Program-made: the position numbers and the translations under genes | Assembly: GCA_052390115.1 (NCBI GenBank) | Contig: JBQTHE010000035.1 | Span: 13,088 to 77,087 of the forward strand | DNA length: 64,000 nucleotides | Direction: 5' to 3' | From: Pseudonocardiales bacterium | GTDB taxonomy: Bacteria > Actinomycetota > Actinomycetes > Mycobacteriales > Pseudonocardiaceae | Shown: positions 1-9,922 of the stretch, piece after piece | Layout: the number at the start of each line of letters is the position of its first letter | Numbering within the stretch: the first letter of the stretch is position 1 | The notes under the pieces: generated by a model | The model's database searches: none | Seen by the model: the letters and a program-made list of their open reading frames with translations, nothing else | Told to the model about the DNA's origin: nothing

Positions 1-2691
1 TGGCGGCTACGCACCAAACTCACTGCGGTGCTGCTCGTGCCCCTGGTGCTTGCCGGGGTGCTCGGCGTGCTGCGGGTCACCGACCTGGTGCGCGAGGCCA
101 ACGTTCTCGCTGCGGTAGCGCGGCAGGTCGGGTTCGCCCAGCAGGTCGGCCTAGCCGTACACGATCTTCAGGGGGAACGGGTCGTGGCGACCGCGGCGCT
201 CGCCACAGGTCGTCCCGGGGACCGGTCCGCACTGCAGGCCCAGGCCCAGCGGGTGGATGCCGCCGTCACCATACTGCGGACCGCGGACTTCCGTGCCGAC
301 CCATTAGCCCCGGTCGCGGCCTACCGGGCCGTGATCGGGAGGCTGTCCGGGCTTGCCGCAGTACGGCAGAGCACACTGGAACGCAGCGCCGTTGCACGCG
401 ACGTCGTCTCGCGCAACGCGGTCAATGCCTATTCCGACCTCATCGCGGCGCTGCTGGACCTCGATCGCAGGGTGTTGGATGGCGCCAGCGACCCGCTGGC
501 GCGGCAAGCCGATGGCCTCACCGCGCTCGCCGTCGCCAAGGAGCAGGCCTCCCGGCAGCACGCGGTGCTGCTCGCGGCAATCTTGTCCGGTGTCCTGCCC
601 GCGGAGCAGCAGGCAGTGCTGCGCACCGCCGACGCCCGGTTCGACGCCGCTGCCGAAGAGTTCGGCGAGGCCGTGCCTGCCCCACAGCTCTTCAGCACCA
701 GGGCAGTCGTCGATCGCAAGCGGCTGCTGGAGGCCGCACTGGACCGGGCGGTGCAAGCAGCGCCACTCGCGACGGTCCCTGGCGACTGGAACTCCGCCGC
801 GGCCGGCACCGTCGAGGCGATCCGCCAGGGGGAGATCAGCCAGCTCAACGATTTGCGGGCGGCGGCTGCGGCGCGCAGCGACCAGGCGTGGCAGCAGGCG
901 GTGTGGAATGCCGCCGCGGTCGCCGCGCTGCTGATGCTCGCCGTTGCGATGCTGTTCGTCGTGGTGCGTTCGCTGCTGCAACCGCTACGTACGCTGCGCA
1001 CCGCCGCGTTCGATGTCGCTGACCGCAAGCTGCCCGAAGCGGTCGAGCAGATGCGCAGCGCCGACGGTACGGCCGGCCAGACGACTGTGGATCCGGTGCC
1101 GGTGCACTCCAGGGAAGAGGTCGGTCAGGTCGCCAGGGCGGTCGACACCGTGCACGCGCAGGCTGTCCGGCTGGCCGCCGAGCAGGCCGTGGCGCGCAGC
1201 AGTCTCAACGACACCTTCCTCAACCTGTCCGGGCGCAACCACGGCCTCGTTGAGCGGCAGCGGCGGCTGATCGACGAGCTGCGCAGCAGAGAACACGACC
1301 CCGAGCTGTCGAGCGGCTTGCTCCAGCTCGACCACCTCGCTGCCCGGATGCGCCGCCACAGTGACAACTTGCTGGTGCTGGCGGGGGGGACGTTGCCCCA
1401 TCGCGGCGATCAGCGGGTGGAGATGCTCGACGTCTTGCGTAGTGCGGTCTCGGAGGTGGAGCACTACCAGCGGGTGACCATGCGCCAGCCTCCGGCGGCC
1501 ATGGTGGCCGGCTCGGTGGTCAATGACCTGGTGCACCTGATCGCCGAGTTGCTGGACAATGCCGTCAATGCTGGGGCGCCCGACGCAACCACGGTGACCC
1601 TGAGCGGCACGGTCACCGAGGACGAAGGCCTGCTGGTGGAGATCATCGACTCGGGGCCCGGCCTGCCGCCCGACGAACTGCAGGTGATCAACGCCCGGCT
1701 CGCCTCACCACCGGCGGTCGATGCGTCGGTCTCCCGTCAGATGGGCCTGTTCGTGGTGAGCAGGCTGGCCGCGCAGCATGGCATCGCAGTGCAGCTGCGC
1801 CAGCGCGTCGGCCAGATCGGGATCACCGCGGCGGTGTCGCTGCCCTCCTCCCTGGTGTCGATCGACCCAGCATCGGTCGGCCCCCGCACCTGGAACGAAG
1901 AGGTCTCCGGGGCGCCGGCCAGCACCGAGTGGAGCGGAACCGGCGGGCAGCTGCCGCTGCAGGTGTCGGTGGTCGACGAGGCTGCCGCGGGGGATCTCTT
2001 CAGCCCGGCCTCGATCGGAATCGTGCCTTCGCAGCGCCCGCGCACTGCCGAGCAGGAGTGGCTCGAGCTCTTCGGCGAAGATCGCTCCCAGCCTGAGCGC
2101 GAGCCGGTGGCCGATGAGTTGGGCGGGGGCTCGGTTGCGTCCAGTTCCCGGTCTGCGAAGGCCACCGATCCCCTGCGAAGTCCGCTGCCACTGGGCGACA
2201 CCGCGGCAGCCGGGCAGCCGCAGGAGGTCCGTGAGCAGATCTTCGAGATGGTCTCTGCCTGGTTCCGCGAGCGACAGTCGGCGTCGGCGAGCAGCCACCA
2301 GCTCGGCGACACCACCGAGATGCCCGCACTGCCCAACGGCGTCCCCGCCAGCGCCAACACGGGCCGCACCAACGCGCACGAGTGGCGATCCCCGTTGGAC
2401 GGGGAGTGGCAAGCCGCGCAAGCGCTGCGCACCCCGGTCGACCACGGCGTCACCCCGGCCGGGCTGCCCAAGCGGCAGCCGCTGGCGCATCTCGTGTCCG
2501 GTGCGGACGGCACCGGCCGTTCCGTCCCGGCTCCGGTACCTGCCGGCCCGGCCCGCACCCCGGACGATGTGCGCGGCCGGTTGAGCAGATACCAGCACGG
2601 ATTGCGCGTCGGGCGGCACGCCCGCATCGGCCCTGACGAGCAGCCCACTGTTACCGACACCCGGCAAGAACGTTTCGAGGAGGATCAGTAG
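1..2691 (+). CDS. Sensor histidine kinase with nitrate/nitrite-sensing-type N-terminal domain, HAMP and HATPase (conservon CvnA-like); 5' end runs off the window
   Basis: The frame of ORF 28..2691 stays open to nt 1. N-terminal TM helix [14 protein letters not shown]; second TM plus HAMP around aa 295-350. H-box region [16 protein letters not shown]; ATPase boxes [21 protein letters not shown] and MGLFVV. Long Pro/Ala-rich tail. Confidence 0.8.
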   Translation, partial: WRLRTKLTAVLLVPLVLAGVLGVLRVTDLVREANVLAAVARQVGFAQQVGLAVHDLQGERVVATAALATGRPGDRSALQAQAQRVDAAVTILRTADFRADPLAPVAAYRAVIGRLSGLAAVRQSTLERSAVARDVVSRNAVNAYSDLIAALLDLDRRVLDGASDPLARQADGLTALAVAKEQASRQHAVLLAAILSGVLPAEQQAVLRTADARFDAAAEEFGEAVPAPQLFSTRAVVDRKRLLEAALDRAVQAAPLATVPGDWNSAAAGTVEAIRQGEISQLNDLRAAAAARSDQAWQQAVWNAAAVAALLMLAVAMLFVVVRSLLQPLRTLRTAAFDVADRKLPEAVEQMRSADGTAGQTTVDPVPVHSREEVGQVARAVDTVHAQAVRLAAEQAVARSSLNDTFLNLSGRNHGLVERQRRLIDELRSREHDPELSSGLLQLDHLAARMRRHSDNLLVLAGGTLPHRGDQRVEMLDVLRSAVSEVEHYQRVTMRQPPAAMVAGSVVNDLVHLIAELLDNAVNAGAPDATTVTLSGTVTEDEGLLVEIIDSGPGLPPDELQVINARLASPPAVDASVSRQMGLFVVSRLAAQHGIAVQLRQRVGQIGITAAVSLPSSLVSIDPASVGPRTWNEEVSGAPASTEWSGTGGQLPLQVSVVDEAAAGDLFSPASIGIVPSQRPRTAEQEWLELFGEDRSQPEREPVADELGGGSVASSSRSAKATDPLRSPLPLGDTAAAGQPQEVREQIFEMVSAWFRERQSASASSHQLGDTTEMPALPNGVPASANTGRTNAHEWRSPLDGEWQAAQALRTPVDHGVTPAGLPKRQPLAHLVSGADGTGRSVPAPVPAGPARTPDDVRGRLSRYQHGLRVGRHARIGPDEQPTVTDTRQERFEEDQ

Positions 2692-3125
2692 TGACGACAG
2701 CAGCGCCGCAGCATCCGGTCCAGCCCGGTCAGTTCGGCTGGCTGGTGGACAGCTTCGTAGAGCGGGTGCCCGGTGTGGCGCACGCTGTCGTCGTCTCGTC
2801 CGACGGACTGCTCCTCGTCGCGTCATCGGGCTTGCCCCGAGATCGCGCCGATCAGCTTGCCGCGATCACCTCCGGTCTGGTGAGCCTCACACAAGGCGCG
2901 GCGCGGTGCTTCGAGGCGGGCGGGGTGATCCAGACCGTCGTGGAGATGGAGCACGGCATCGTCTTGACCATGGTCATCAGTGACGGGTCCAGCCTGGCCG
3001 TGCTGGCCTCGCCGAGCTGCGATATCGGCCTGATCGGCTACGAGATGACGTTGCTGGTCGACCGGGCAGGTAAGTTGCTGACCCCCGAGCTACGTGCCCA
3101 GCTGCAGCGCACTGCGCGCTCGTGA
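2691..3125 (+). CDS. Roadblock/LC7 domain protein (conservon CvnB-like)
   Basis: 144 aa. The GTG start overlaps the kinase stop by 1 nt (taGTG). Motif [17 protein letters not shown]...ITSGLVSL...MEHGIVLT is typical of Robl_LC7 proteins that follow this kinase type. Confidence 0.8.
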   Translation: MTTAAPQHPVQPGQFGWLVDSFVERVPGVAHAVVVSSDGLLLVASSGLPRDRADQLAAITSGLVSLTQGAARCFEAGGVIQTVVEMEHGIVLTMVISDGSSLAVLASPSCDIGLIGYEMTLLVDRAGKLLTPELRAQLQRTARS

Positions 3126-3410
3126 GTGGGGGAGTCTGTCAGCGAAGCCGTACCCGGTCTCCGGGAAGCAGGACTCCCACATTCACGCGCGCCGGTGTGC
3201 CGGGACAGGACGCGCGCTGTGGTGTTGCAGATGTCGGCGCACACCGCGTCGGAGTGAATGCACTACCCGCTGTTCATCCCCGGAAACCGATCGCCACTCG
3301 GTCCTCAGACATCACCGCGGCGCAACAGACACTCGCGACGACGAGTTACGCACCCTGATCGCGGGTACCCGGTGTGGGTCTGCCGGAACGATGAGACGAC
3401 GAGGAGGGCC

Positions 3411-3900
3411 CGTGCTACCGGAGATTCTCCGCGAGTCGGCCGTCCATCCCGGCCCGGTGGCCTCGGTTTATCTGGAGGTGCACCGCACCGAGGAGGTGTG
3501 GGCCCGCAACGCCCGCGATTTCGCGGCCGACGTCGACCGTGCGGTCTCCACGTTGCATGCCGGGCTGGTGCGCTGCAGCACAACCAGGTGGGCACGCTGC
3601 TGCTGGTTGACGACCCGTCCTCCGAGCTGCGGCTCTGGATCGGTCCGGAACCGCTCCAGCTGGCGCTCACCGAGGATGACCTGCGCGGGATCGGTGCACC
3701 GGTGCTCGGCCAAGACCGCGCGGACGCGGCGCTGCTGCGTGCCGTCGCCGGCAGCGGCGCCGATCTAGTGCTGTTGCCGCATCCCGCCGGAGGACCCGGA
3801 TCGCGCGGGCAGCGCCGCGGGTGGGGCACTGCCTCCCGGTGGGCCACCCGACCTCGCCGACGGCGTCGGCGCGCTACTCCGGTTCACCAGCATTTCGTGA
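3411..3900 (+). pseudogene. Remnant of a baeRF2-like (actinobacterial release-factor-like) gene: N-terminus fused to C-terminus, at least two frameshifts
   Basis: Frame of ORF 3094..3768 gives VLPEILRESAVHPGPVASVYLEVHRTEE (typical family N-terminus). Frame of ORF 3258..3989 gives VGTLLLVDDPSSELRLWIGPEPLQLA...DRADAALLRAVAGSGADLVLLP. A third frame gives the family-like C-terminal end GGALPPGGPPDLADGVGALLRFTSIS*. The central ~250 aa of a normal family member are absent. Confidence 0.5.
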
Positions 3901-3907
3901 GCGGCCT

Positions 3908-4114
3908 ATGGAGGACTCGATGCAACGAGGCAGTGACAAGCACAGCGCACGAAAGGACGACGCCCTCGCCCGCGACGTCGAGGGCATGATCCGCGGTACC
4001 CGCCCCACCCACGCCCAAGAATGGAAGGACCCCGAACCGCCCGCCGACGACGACCCGGAGCTGAACATCCGCTCCCCCATCGCGAACCGCGGCGATACTG
4101 GCCGATCGGCGTGA
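3908..4114 (+). CDS. Small hydrophilic conserved actinobacterial protein (function unknown)
   Basis: ATG at 3908, alternative ATG at 3920. MQRGSDKHSARKDDALARDVEGMIRGTRPTHAQEWKDPEPPADDDPE resembles small proteins I recall next to baeRF2-type genes. GC-rich third positions. Confidence 0.55.
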   Translation: MEDSMQRGSDKHSARKDDALARDVEGMIRGTRPTHAQEWKDPEPPADDDPELNIRSPIANRGDTGRSA

Positions 4115-4147
4115 TCGAGAGGCAGGTAACCACGCAGGAGACCAGGA

Positions 4148-4292
4148 CATCCCGTGGATCATCGGGTTTGATCAACCCTCCTGCTCCCGAACTCAACAGC
4201 AGTGCTGCCCAAGGTCGACCGAACAGCACTGCTGTTGAGTTCGGGAGGCTGAGAGCAGCGAAGATCCGGCCCTCTGACCCCGTCCATGGTTT
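4148..4292. repeat. MITE-like intergenic repeat, copy A (inverted relative to copy B), with central ~55-bp palindrome
   Basis: The reverse complement aligns along its length with 9950..10102. Shared blocks: ggtcaga.ggccggatct, gctctcagcctcccgaactcaacagcag.gctg ... cagcactgctgttgag.tcggga, and gagggttgatca.aaacccga.gatcc. Confidence 0.8.
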
Positions 4293-4330
4293 ACGGAGGA
4301 CAGGCCGTGCGGGGACCTGATCACGTATAC

Positions 4331-4996
4331 GTGGCCGAGGTGGAGGTGAGACCTGTGACGGTACCGGTAGTGATCGAATCCCGGGGCGGCGACTTACGCG
4401 GCGACCTCGCCGTACCCGCCCGGGCGGTGGGCATCGTGGTGTTCGCACATGGCTCAGGCAGCTCCCGGCACAGCAGGCGCAACCGTGCGGTGGCTGAGAT
4501 CCTGCAGCGAAGCGGTTTCGCCACGCTGTTGCTGGACCTGTTGACCGAGGCCGAGGAGCAGATGGATGCCCGCACCGCAGAGTTGCGCTTCAACATCGGG
4601 TTGCTGGCAGGTCGGGTGAGCACCGCTGTCGAGCAGATCAGGGAACAAGCCGTCGTTGCCACGCTCCCGGTGGGGTTGTTCGGCGCCAGCACCGGTGCGG
4701 CGGCCGCGTTGGTCGCGGCCGCACACGACTCCTCCATCCGGGCCGTGGTGTCGCGGGGTGGTCGGCCGGACCTCGCCGGCGATGCACTGCGTCGGGTGCA
4801 GGCGCCGACGTTGCTCATCGTCGGAAGCCTGGATGTGCAGGTTCTCGACCTCAACCGGCAGGCCAGCGTGCAGTTGGCTGCGGTGAGCAGGATCGAGGTG
4901 GTTCAGGGAGCAACTCACCTGTTCGAGGAGCCCGGCGCCCTGGAGGAGGTGGCACGCAGTGCCGCCGGATGGTTCGACGACCATGTGGCGACGTGA
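4331..4996 (+). CDS. Dienelactone hydrolase-family alpha/beta hydrolase
   Basis: GIVVFAHGSGSSRHSRRNRAVAEILQRSGFATLLLDLLTEAEE and GLFGASTGAAAAL (nucleophile elbow). Start uncertain: ORF opens at 4286 inside repeat A, so the GTG at 4331 was chosen. Confidence 0.7.
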   Translation: MAEVEVRPVTVPVVIESRGGDLRGDLAVPARAVGIVVFAHGSGSSRHSRRNRAVAEILQRSGFATLLLDLLTEAEEQMDARTAELRFNIGLLAGRVSTAVEQIREQAVVATLPVGLFGASTGAAAALVAAAHDSSIRAVVSRGGRPDLAGDALRRVQAPTLLIVGSLDVQVLDLNRQASVQLAAVSRIEVVQGATHLFEEPGALEEVARSAAGWFDDHVAT

Positions 4997-5133
4997 ACGG
5001 GAGGCGAGCACCGTGGATCCCGCAGCGCAAAAGTGGTACCACGACTTCGGCCAGACCTCCGATGAGGAGGTCGTCGCGCTGTTGCGGACGGCGCGAGACG
5101 GCGCGGCGTATCGGCGGAAAGGGTGCACCCACC

Positions 5134-6567
5134 GTGTTCCTTCAGCAGTTCTACCTGCAGAGCCTCGGTCACGCTTCCTATCTCGTCGGCGACGAGAAGA
5201 CCGGAAAGGCGCTGGTATTCGACCCGCGCCGCGACGTGGAGGTCTACCTGCGCGCGGCTCGCAAACAGGGCCTGCGGATTTCCTATGCCGCCGACTCGCA
5301 CGGCCACAATGACTACCTGTCAGGGCTGACCGAGCTGTGGTCCCGCACCGGAGCGGCCCTGTGGGGTTCAGCGGCCGGCGAGTTGGGCTATCCGCACCGA
5401 CCGCTCACGGACGGCGAGCTCATTGAGATCGGCGACGTCGGCATCGAGGTGCTGCACACGCCAGGACACACTCCTGAGCACATCAGCCTGCTCATCTACG
5501 ACCGGTCGGTCAGCGCGGATACCCCGGCACTGATGCTGTCCGGGGGAGCGCTGCTGGTCGGGGACCTGGCTCGGCCCGACCTGCTCGGCGGCCCCGAGCA
5601 GGCCCGGCAGGCCGGCGAGGTGTTCTGCAATACTGTCCACACCAAGCTGCTGCCGCTTCCCGACCACGTCGAGGTGTTCCCCACCCACGTTGCGGGGTCA
5701 CTGTGTGGCGGCAACATCGGTAGCCGGCTATCGACGACGGTGGGCTATGAGCGCCGGACGAACCCGATCCTCGCCGAGGCTGCGTCAGCGCAGGACGCTG
5801 ATGAGATCGTGAGCGAATGTCTGCGACTTGACAACCTCCCTGCGGTGCCGCCGTACTGGCGCCGGATGCGCACCCAGAACATGCAGGGAGTGGCCCCACT
5901 CGGGCTGCTCGCCGAACCGCCTGCGCTGACCGTGGACGAGTTCGCAGCACAGCAGGATGCCGGTGCGCTGGTCCTGGACACGCGGGTTCCGGAGGCGTTC
6001 GGCGGTTCCCACCTGCCCGGCGCGCTCAACGTCGGGCTGGGCCCGGCGTTTGCCACCTGGGCCGGCACGGTACTGCCCGACCAGGCTGGCGTGCTGCTGG
6101 TACTCGACCGGTCCGACGACGTCTGGGAGGTCAGCTGGCAGCTGCTGCGGATCGGCTACCCGTCCCCACTCGGCTGGCTGGCCGCCGGCATGACGGGCTG
6201 GCGCACGGCGGCACGGCCGCTGCAGAGCATCCCGCAGATCACTGTTCACGAACTCAAGCTGCTGCTGGAACGCGACGAGATCAGCCTGCTGGATGTGCGC
6301 CAACCCAACGAGTGGCAGGCCGGCCACGTGCCCGGCGCCCGCTACATCACCGGCGCCGAACTGCCAGACCGGCTTGGCGAGGTGCGCGACATCCGACCGC
6401 TTGCGGTCACCTGCGGCAGTGGATACCGCTCCTCGGTTGCGGCCAGCCTGCTTGCCCACCATGGCCATCCCGAGGTCGTCAACGTCGCCGGGGGGATGGC
6501 TGCCTGGAACAACGCGGGGTATCCGGTCGAGAGTCAAGAAAACCTCCGGATCGTGAGGAATGAATAG
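5134..6567 (+). CDS. MBL-fold hydrolase fused to two rhodanese domains (persulfide dioxygenase/sulfurtransferase-type)
   Basis: GTG at 5134 after ggaaaggg. VFLQQFYLQSLGHASYLVGD, metal motif DSHGHNDY, HTPGHTPEH. C-terminal rhodanese active-site loop VTCGSGYRSS. Confidence 0.8.
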   Translation: MFLQQFYLQSLGHASYLVGDEKTGKALVFDPRRDVEVYLRAARKQGLRISYAADSHGHNDYLSGLTELWSRTGAALWGSAAGELGYPHRPLTDGELIEIGDVGIEVLHTPGHTPEHISLLIYDRSVSADTPALMLSGGALLVGDLARPDLLGGPEQARQAGEVFCNTVHTKLLPLPDHVEVFPTHVAGSLCGGNIGSRLSTTVGYERRTNPILAEAASAQDADEIVSECLRLDNLPAVPPYWRRMRTQNMQGVAPLGLLAEPPALTVDEFAAQQDAGALVLDTRVPEAFGGSHLPGALNVGLGPAFATWAGTVLPDQAGVLLVLDRSDDVWEVSWQLLRIGYPSPLGWLAAGMTGWRTAARPLQSIPQITVHELKLLLERDEISLLDVRQPNEWQAGHVPGARYITGAELPDRLGEVRDIRPLAVTCGSGYRSSVAASLLAHHGHPEVVNVAGGMAAWNNAGYPVESQENLRIVRNE

Positions 6568-6573
6568 TGAGGC

Positions 6574-6937
6574 GTGCTCTCCGGGGTGAACGACGGCGCC
6601 AACATCGGGCGCGCCGTGCTGCACTCCGGGACCGTTGGGGTGGCCCTCACCGGCGCGTTGTACGGCGCTCCGGCGATGGCGGTGTCCCTGGCAGTGGGCC
6701 CGGAGCCGCACGGCCTCCGGCGGTGGGACAGCGTCCGGGGTGTGCTGCGTGTGGTGCTCCCGCTGGCTGCGGCAGGCCGCCGCGCCGCTACCCGACGACC
6801 CCGAGCCAGGCACCGACGCCGAGGCGCTCGCTGCCGGTCACCCCACGATCAGCGAATTGCGTCCGGTCGAAGACGCCGTCCCCACCGTGCTTCCCGTGCC
6901 GTTGCCCCGGTTACTCCGGGCAGACCCGGCCCGTTGA
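6574..6937 (+). pseudogene. surE: surE (5'/3'-nucleotidase) fragment: N-terminal third missing, internal frameshift
   Basis: LSGVNDGANIGRAVLHSGTVGVALTGALYGAPAMAVSLAVG matches the SurE core (SGIN.G.N.G..V.YSGTV.AA.EG...G.PA.AVSL). In another frame (ORF 6635..6937), GTDAEALAAGHPTISELRPV matches the SurE C-terminal GTD....G..S.TPL. No SurE N-terminus (DDG motif) lies upstream. Confidence 0.55.
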
Positions 6938-7169
6938 GTCCAACCTCACGGAACTGCCCGACAATGTCGATCCCGCCGACGCGAGCGTCGGCTACCCGTG
7001 GCTGCTGGATCTGAAACGCGGTTGCCGGCTGCCGGATCCGGTTTGCACAGTTCGGTCAGCTCAGACGTGCCACCGGCGTGCCCCGCGGGCCGGGAATGTG
7101 TAACAACCGGTCGGCGCGGTTATTCAGTGGTCTCAGTGGTCGACAACCGTGGCCGAAGGATGTGAGGAC

Positions 7170-7505
7170 ATGCCCCAACGTGCCTGGAGCGACAAGCGGG
7201 AACGCCAGTACGAGCACGTCAAGTCGTCGCAGGAGGAGCGCGGCGCGGGCGAAGGACGTGCCGAGGAGATCGCCGCTCGTACGGTGAACAAGAACCGGGC
7301 GCAGTCCGGCGAGGCCCGGCAGCGCAGCAAGACTTCCACCGAGGACATCTCCCCGCAGCGTCGGGGCGGTCTGCGTTCGGGCAACCGGCAAGGTCCGGGC
7401 GGCCGGACCAAGGCCCAGCTTTATCAGGATGCCCGCCGCGCTGGCCTCAAGGGCCGGTCGAAGATGACCAAGAAGCAGCTCCAGGAGGCACTGGACCGGG
7501 ACTGA
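7170..7505 (+). CDS. Rho_N-domain small basic protein (function unknown)
   Basis: MPQRAWSDKRERQYEHVKSSQEERGAGEGRAEEIAARTVNKNRA ... GRTKAQLYQDARRAGLKGRSKMTKKQLQEAL, a C-terminal SAP/Rho_N-like helix pair. Confidence 0.7.
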   Translation: MPQRAWSDKRERQYEHVKSSQEERGAGEGRAEEIAARTVNKNRAQSGEARQRSKTSTEDISPQRRGGLRSGNRQGPGGRTKAQLYQDARRAGLKGRSKMTKKQLQEALDRD

Positions 7506-7541
7506 CTGACCCTCGGTCCAGCGGCTGACTGCGCCAGACGT

Positions 7542-7600
7542 CCCGAGCTCGACAAGAGAGCTATTCGCGGTCCGCGGGACAGCTCTCTAGTTGAGCTCGG
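7542..7600 (+). terminator. Imperfect ~20-bp inverted repeat downstream of the Rho_N-domain gene
   Basis: cccgagctcgacaagagagct ... agctctctagttgagctcgg (two mismatches) with an inner cgcgg/ccgcg mini-hairpin. No T-tract. Confidence 0.35.
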
Positions 7601-8295
7601 CGAAGCGGCTGACGATGAGCGCCATCTGCGGCACCGACCTGCACATGGTGCGCGGCACGATGCCCGACATGGTGCCCGGGACCGTGCTGGGTCACGAGGT
7701 TCTTCGGCGGGCCGAAGTCCACCGGCCCGATCAACGGGCTGCAGGCCACCTTTGCGCGGATTCCTTACGCTGCGGCCAACCTCGTCCCACTGCCCGACGC
7801 GGTGACCGATGAGCAGGCCATCGTGCTCTCCGACATTTATCCGACGGCATGGTTCGGCGCGCAGTGCGCCGAGGTGTCCCGAGGTGACACGGTGGCGGTG
7901 TTCGGCTGCGGTCCGGTGGGCTGCTGGCCATCACCTCGGCGTGGCGTCTGGGCGCGGGCCGGGTGTTCGCGGTGGACAACGTGACTTCTCGGCTGGAGAT
8001 GGCCCGGTCGCAGCACGCGGAACCGGTCGACTTCGGTACCGAGGATCCGGTTGCGGTGATCGGCGAGCTCACCCACGGCATCAGTGCCGACCGGGCGATC
8101 GACGCGGTCGGCGTCGACGCCTACCGGCTGGTGGACCAGGTGGCCGCTGGTGTGTCCGACCCCGCACAGATTCTCACTCAGATCAAGCCGGTCGACGATG
8201 CGCTGGCGGCCTACCGGAGCTTCGACAGCCGTCAATCCGGTTGGGTGAAAGTGGCGGTCGCCCCGTGGCCTGACCCTGTGCGCAGGGTTGCATGA
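7591..8295 (+). pseudogene. Decayed Zn-dependent alcohol/formaldehyde dehydrogenase-family gene (N-terminus and structural-zinc lobe deleted, several frameshifts)
   Basis: Pieces lie in three frames. AICGTDLHMVRGTMPDMVPGTVLGHEV (7591 frame). ARIPYAAANLVPLPDAVTDEQAIVLSDIYPTAWFGAQCAEVSRGDTVAVFGCGPVG (7802 frame). RVFAVDNVTSRLEMARSQHAEPVDFGTEDPVAVIGELTHGISADRAIDAVGVDA...LAAYRSFDSRQSGWVKVAV (7963 frame). Confidence 0.6.
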
Positions 8296-8422
8296 GCATC
8301 CCGGCTGGTCACGCTCAGCAGCATCGAATTTGTTTTCACTCTTCCGAGCGATCGCCATCATGCTTGTGGGGTACCGATCGGTCAGGCTACCGCGCTGGCC
8401 AGGTCCATCCCAGGAGGAGACA

Positions 8423-8873
8423 GTGAGTACACAGCAGGAGTCTGAGCGTGACCGATTGGCGCGCAACCTTAACGAATTTCTGCAGGAACTGCGGGTGGCC
8501 CAAAGCGGCGTACAGATCCTCTTCGGCTTCCTCCTCACGGTGGCCCTTCACCCAACGTTACGCGTCAGCGGACTCATTCGTGCATGGGTTGCATCTGACT
8601 GCGGTCGTGCTGGCCGTAGCGGCGACCGCGCTGCTGAGCGCTACCGTCGCGTGGCACCGGCTGCTGTTCCGCCGGAGGCAACGGGAAGAGATCGTCCGCT
8701 CTGCCAACTGGATGGCCCTCGCCGGCCTGGGCTTTGTTGCCGGTGCGATGACCGCAACGCTCGGATTAGTCGTGGACGTCGCACTCGGCCACGGCTGGGC
8801 GATAGTCGTAGCAGGGGTCGCCGGGTTGGCCTTCGTGCTCTTGTGGTTTGTGCTGCCGCTTCGCCGGCGTTAG
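8423..8873 (+). pseudogene. DUF6328-type membrane protein with a single frameshift near 8545-8560 (true pseudogene or sequencing error)
   Basis: RBS aggagga plus GTG at 8423 gives VSTQQESERDRLARNLNEFLQELRVAQSGVQILFGFLLTVA. The reading frame then shifts to FTQRYASADSFVHGLHLTAVVLAVAATALLSATVAWHRLLFRRRQREEIV...LWFVLPLRRR (ORF 8448..8873). Confidence 0.55.
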
Positions 8874-9049
8874 ACGGCGGCCGCTGGCGACGACCAAACC
8901 GTTCCAACCCCGGCGCCGAGATCCTCGACGACTCGTAGTCGCTGTCCACCGCGCCTTCGAGCAGCGAGCGGCGGTACCGGCCATGCGCCGGAGGGTACCT
9001 CAGCCAAGGTACCGAGGACCTCGGACAGCGGGCTGTGGAGAGTTGATCA

Positions 9050-9658
9050 TCAGCTCGGCCATAGCTCGGTTGGACTGGCGGGCGGGGGGTCGCCGACCAG
9101 CTCGGCGAGCCGAGCGATCCTTCGCTGTCCCGAGACCCGCAGGGCCGGACCACCCGCTCGCGGACCAAGCAGGGTGGCCGTCAGCCCGGCCGCCGCCAGT
9201 GCCGCGGCCAGCGCGGCGTGGGTGCCCGGAGCGTGCGGATCCAAACCCAGCAGGTAGCCGCGGTCGTCCCGTCCCCCTGCGGCCAGCGCCCAGAGCCGCA
9301 GCGCTGCACCGTCGAGCTGCCAGCCAGGAGGAACTGCCTTGACCGCCCCGCGGATCCACTCGGTGGCCAGCGGTAGCAGGCCGGCCACGAACGCCGTGCG
9401 CACCCAGTGGCGGTCCCCAGTTTGGCCCCATCCAGCGGGCAGCCCGCGCTCTGTGCAGGCCCGCGCGATCTCAACGGCTCGCCACTGCTCAGCGACCACG
9501 GCTGACACCCGGGCGGCGGTGCCCCGCCCGAAACCGTGTACCTGACCCGGCGCGCAGAGCAGGCCAGCCAGATCGTCTGGGCCGGCTGCGCTGGCCTGGG
9601 TGGAGAACAACGACGGCTGCCGCACAGGGCAGACTGTAGAACGGACGTTCGACCACAT
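9050..9658 (-). CDS. Hypothetical protein (Ala/Gly/Leu-rich, no recognised motif)
   Basis: 202-aa ORF with strongly GC-biased third positions. Start uncertain. Confidence 0.45.
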   Translation of the reverse strand: MWSNVRSTVCPVRQPSLFSTQASAAGPDDLAGLLCAPGQVHGFGRGTAARVSAVVAEQWRAVEIARACTERGLPAGWGQTGDRHWVRTAFVAGLLPLATEWIRGAVKAVPPGWQLDGAALRLWALAAGGRDDRGYLLGLDPHAPGTHAALAAALAAAGLTATLLGPRAGGPALRVSGQRRIARLAELVGDPPPASPTELWPS

Positions 9659-9707
9659 CCACCGGCTCGCCGCAGCGCGACGTCAACGCGCTCCGGGCAG
9701 ACCACTG

Positions 9708-9854
9708 CTACGGACTGACCAGCTCTACCCGTTGCTCCTCGGGGGTCACCGTGACCTGCCAGCGGACGGCGTCCGGCTTGCCTTGGTCCACCCACCAGCG
9801 ATGTCGTCGTGCTTGCCCATGGTCTCGTCTCCTCGTCCATCGTGTGGGGTTCAC
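9708..9854 (-). CDS. Candidate 48-aa small ORF (below the ORF-track cutoff)
   Basis: GTG at 9854 immediately follows aaaggaagg. Translation VNPTRWTRRRDHGQARRHRWWVDQGKPDAVRWQVTVTPEEQRVELVSP*. GC3 is high in the second half. Confidence 0.3.
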   Translation of the reverse strand: MNPTRWTRRRDHGQARRHRWWVDQGKPDAVRWQVTVTPEEQRVELVSP

Positions 9855-9922
9855 CTTCCTTTTTCCCAGGTCAACACGTCGTTGAGCACGGTGAGCGCGT
9901 TACCGTGCGCCCGGCGCTCCAC

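Noticed and set aside
1705-2826. Long antisense or out-of-frame ORFs inside clear genes. Examples: 1705..2826(-), 11187..12707(+), 20508..21737(-), 28562..29746(-), 38660..40072(-), 50424..51842(+), 57329..58837(+), 60094..61185(+), 61632..62663(+), 62516..63637(+).
   Set aside because: Their translations are Arg/Pro/Gly/Ser-rich and low in complexity, with no motifs. They overlap genes that carry strong family signatures. Such shadow ORFs are expected in ~70% GC DNA, where stop codons are rare.
3122-3358. ORF 3122..3358 or the 3094..3768 frame as an intact DUF742 (conservon C) gene.
   Set aside because: There is only a faint resemblance (KPYPVSGKQ..., ELRTLIAG) and no recognisable HTH-like C-terminal segment. 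The frame fuses into an unrelated gene remnant. It is reported as possible decay in the findings, not as a feature.
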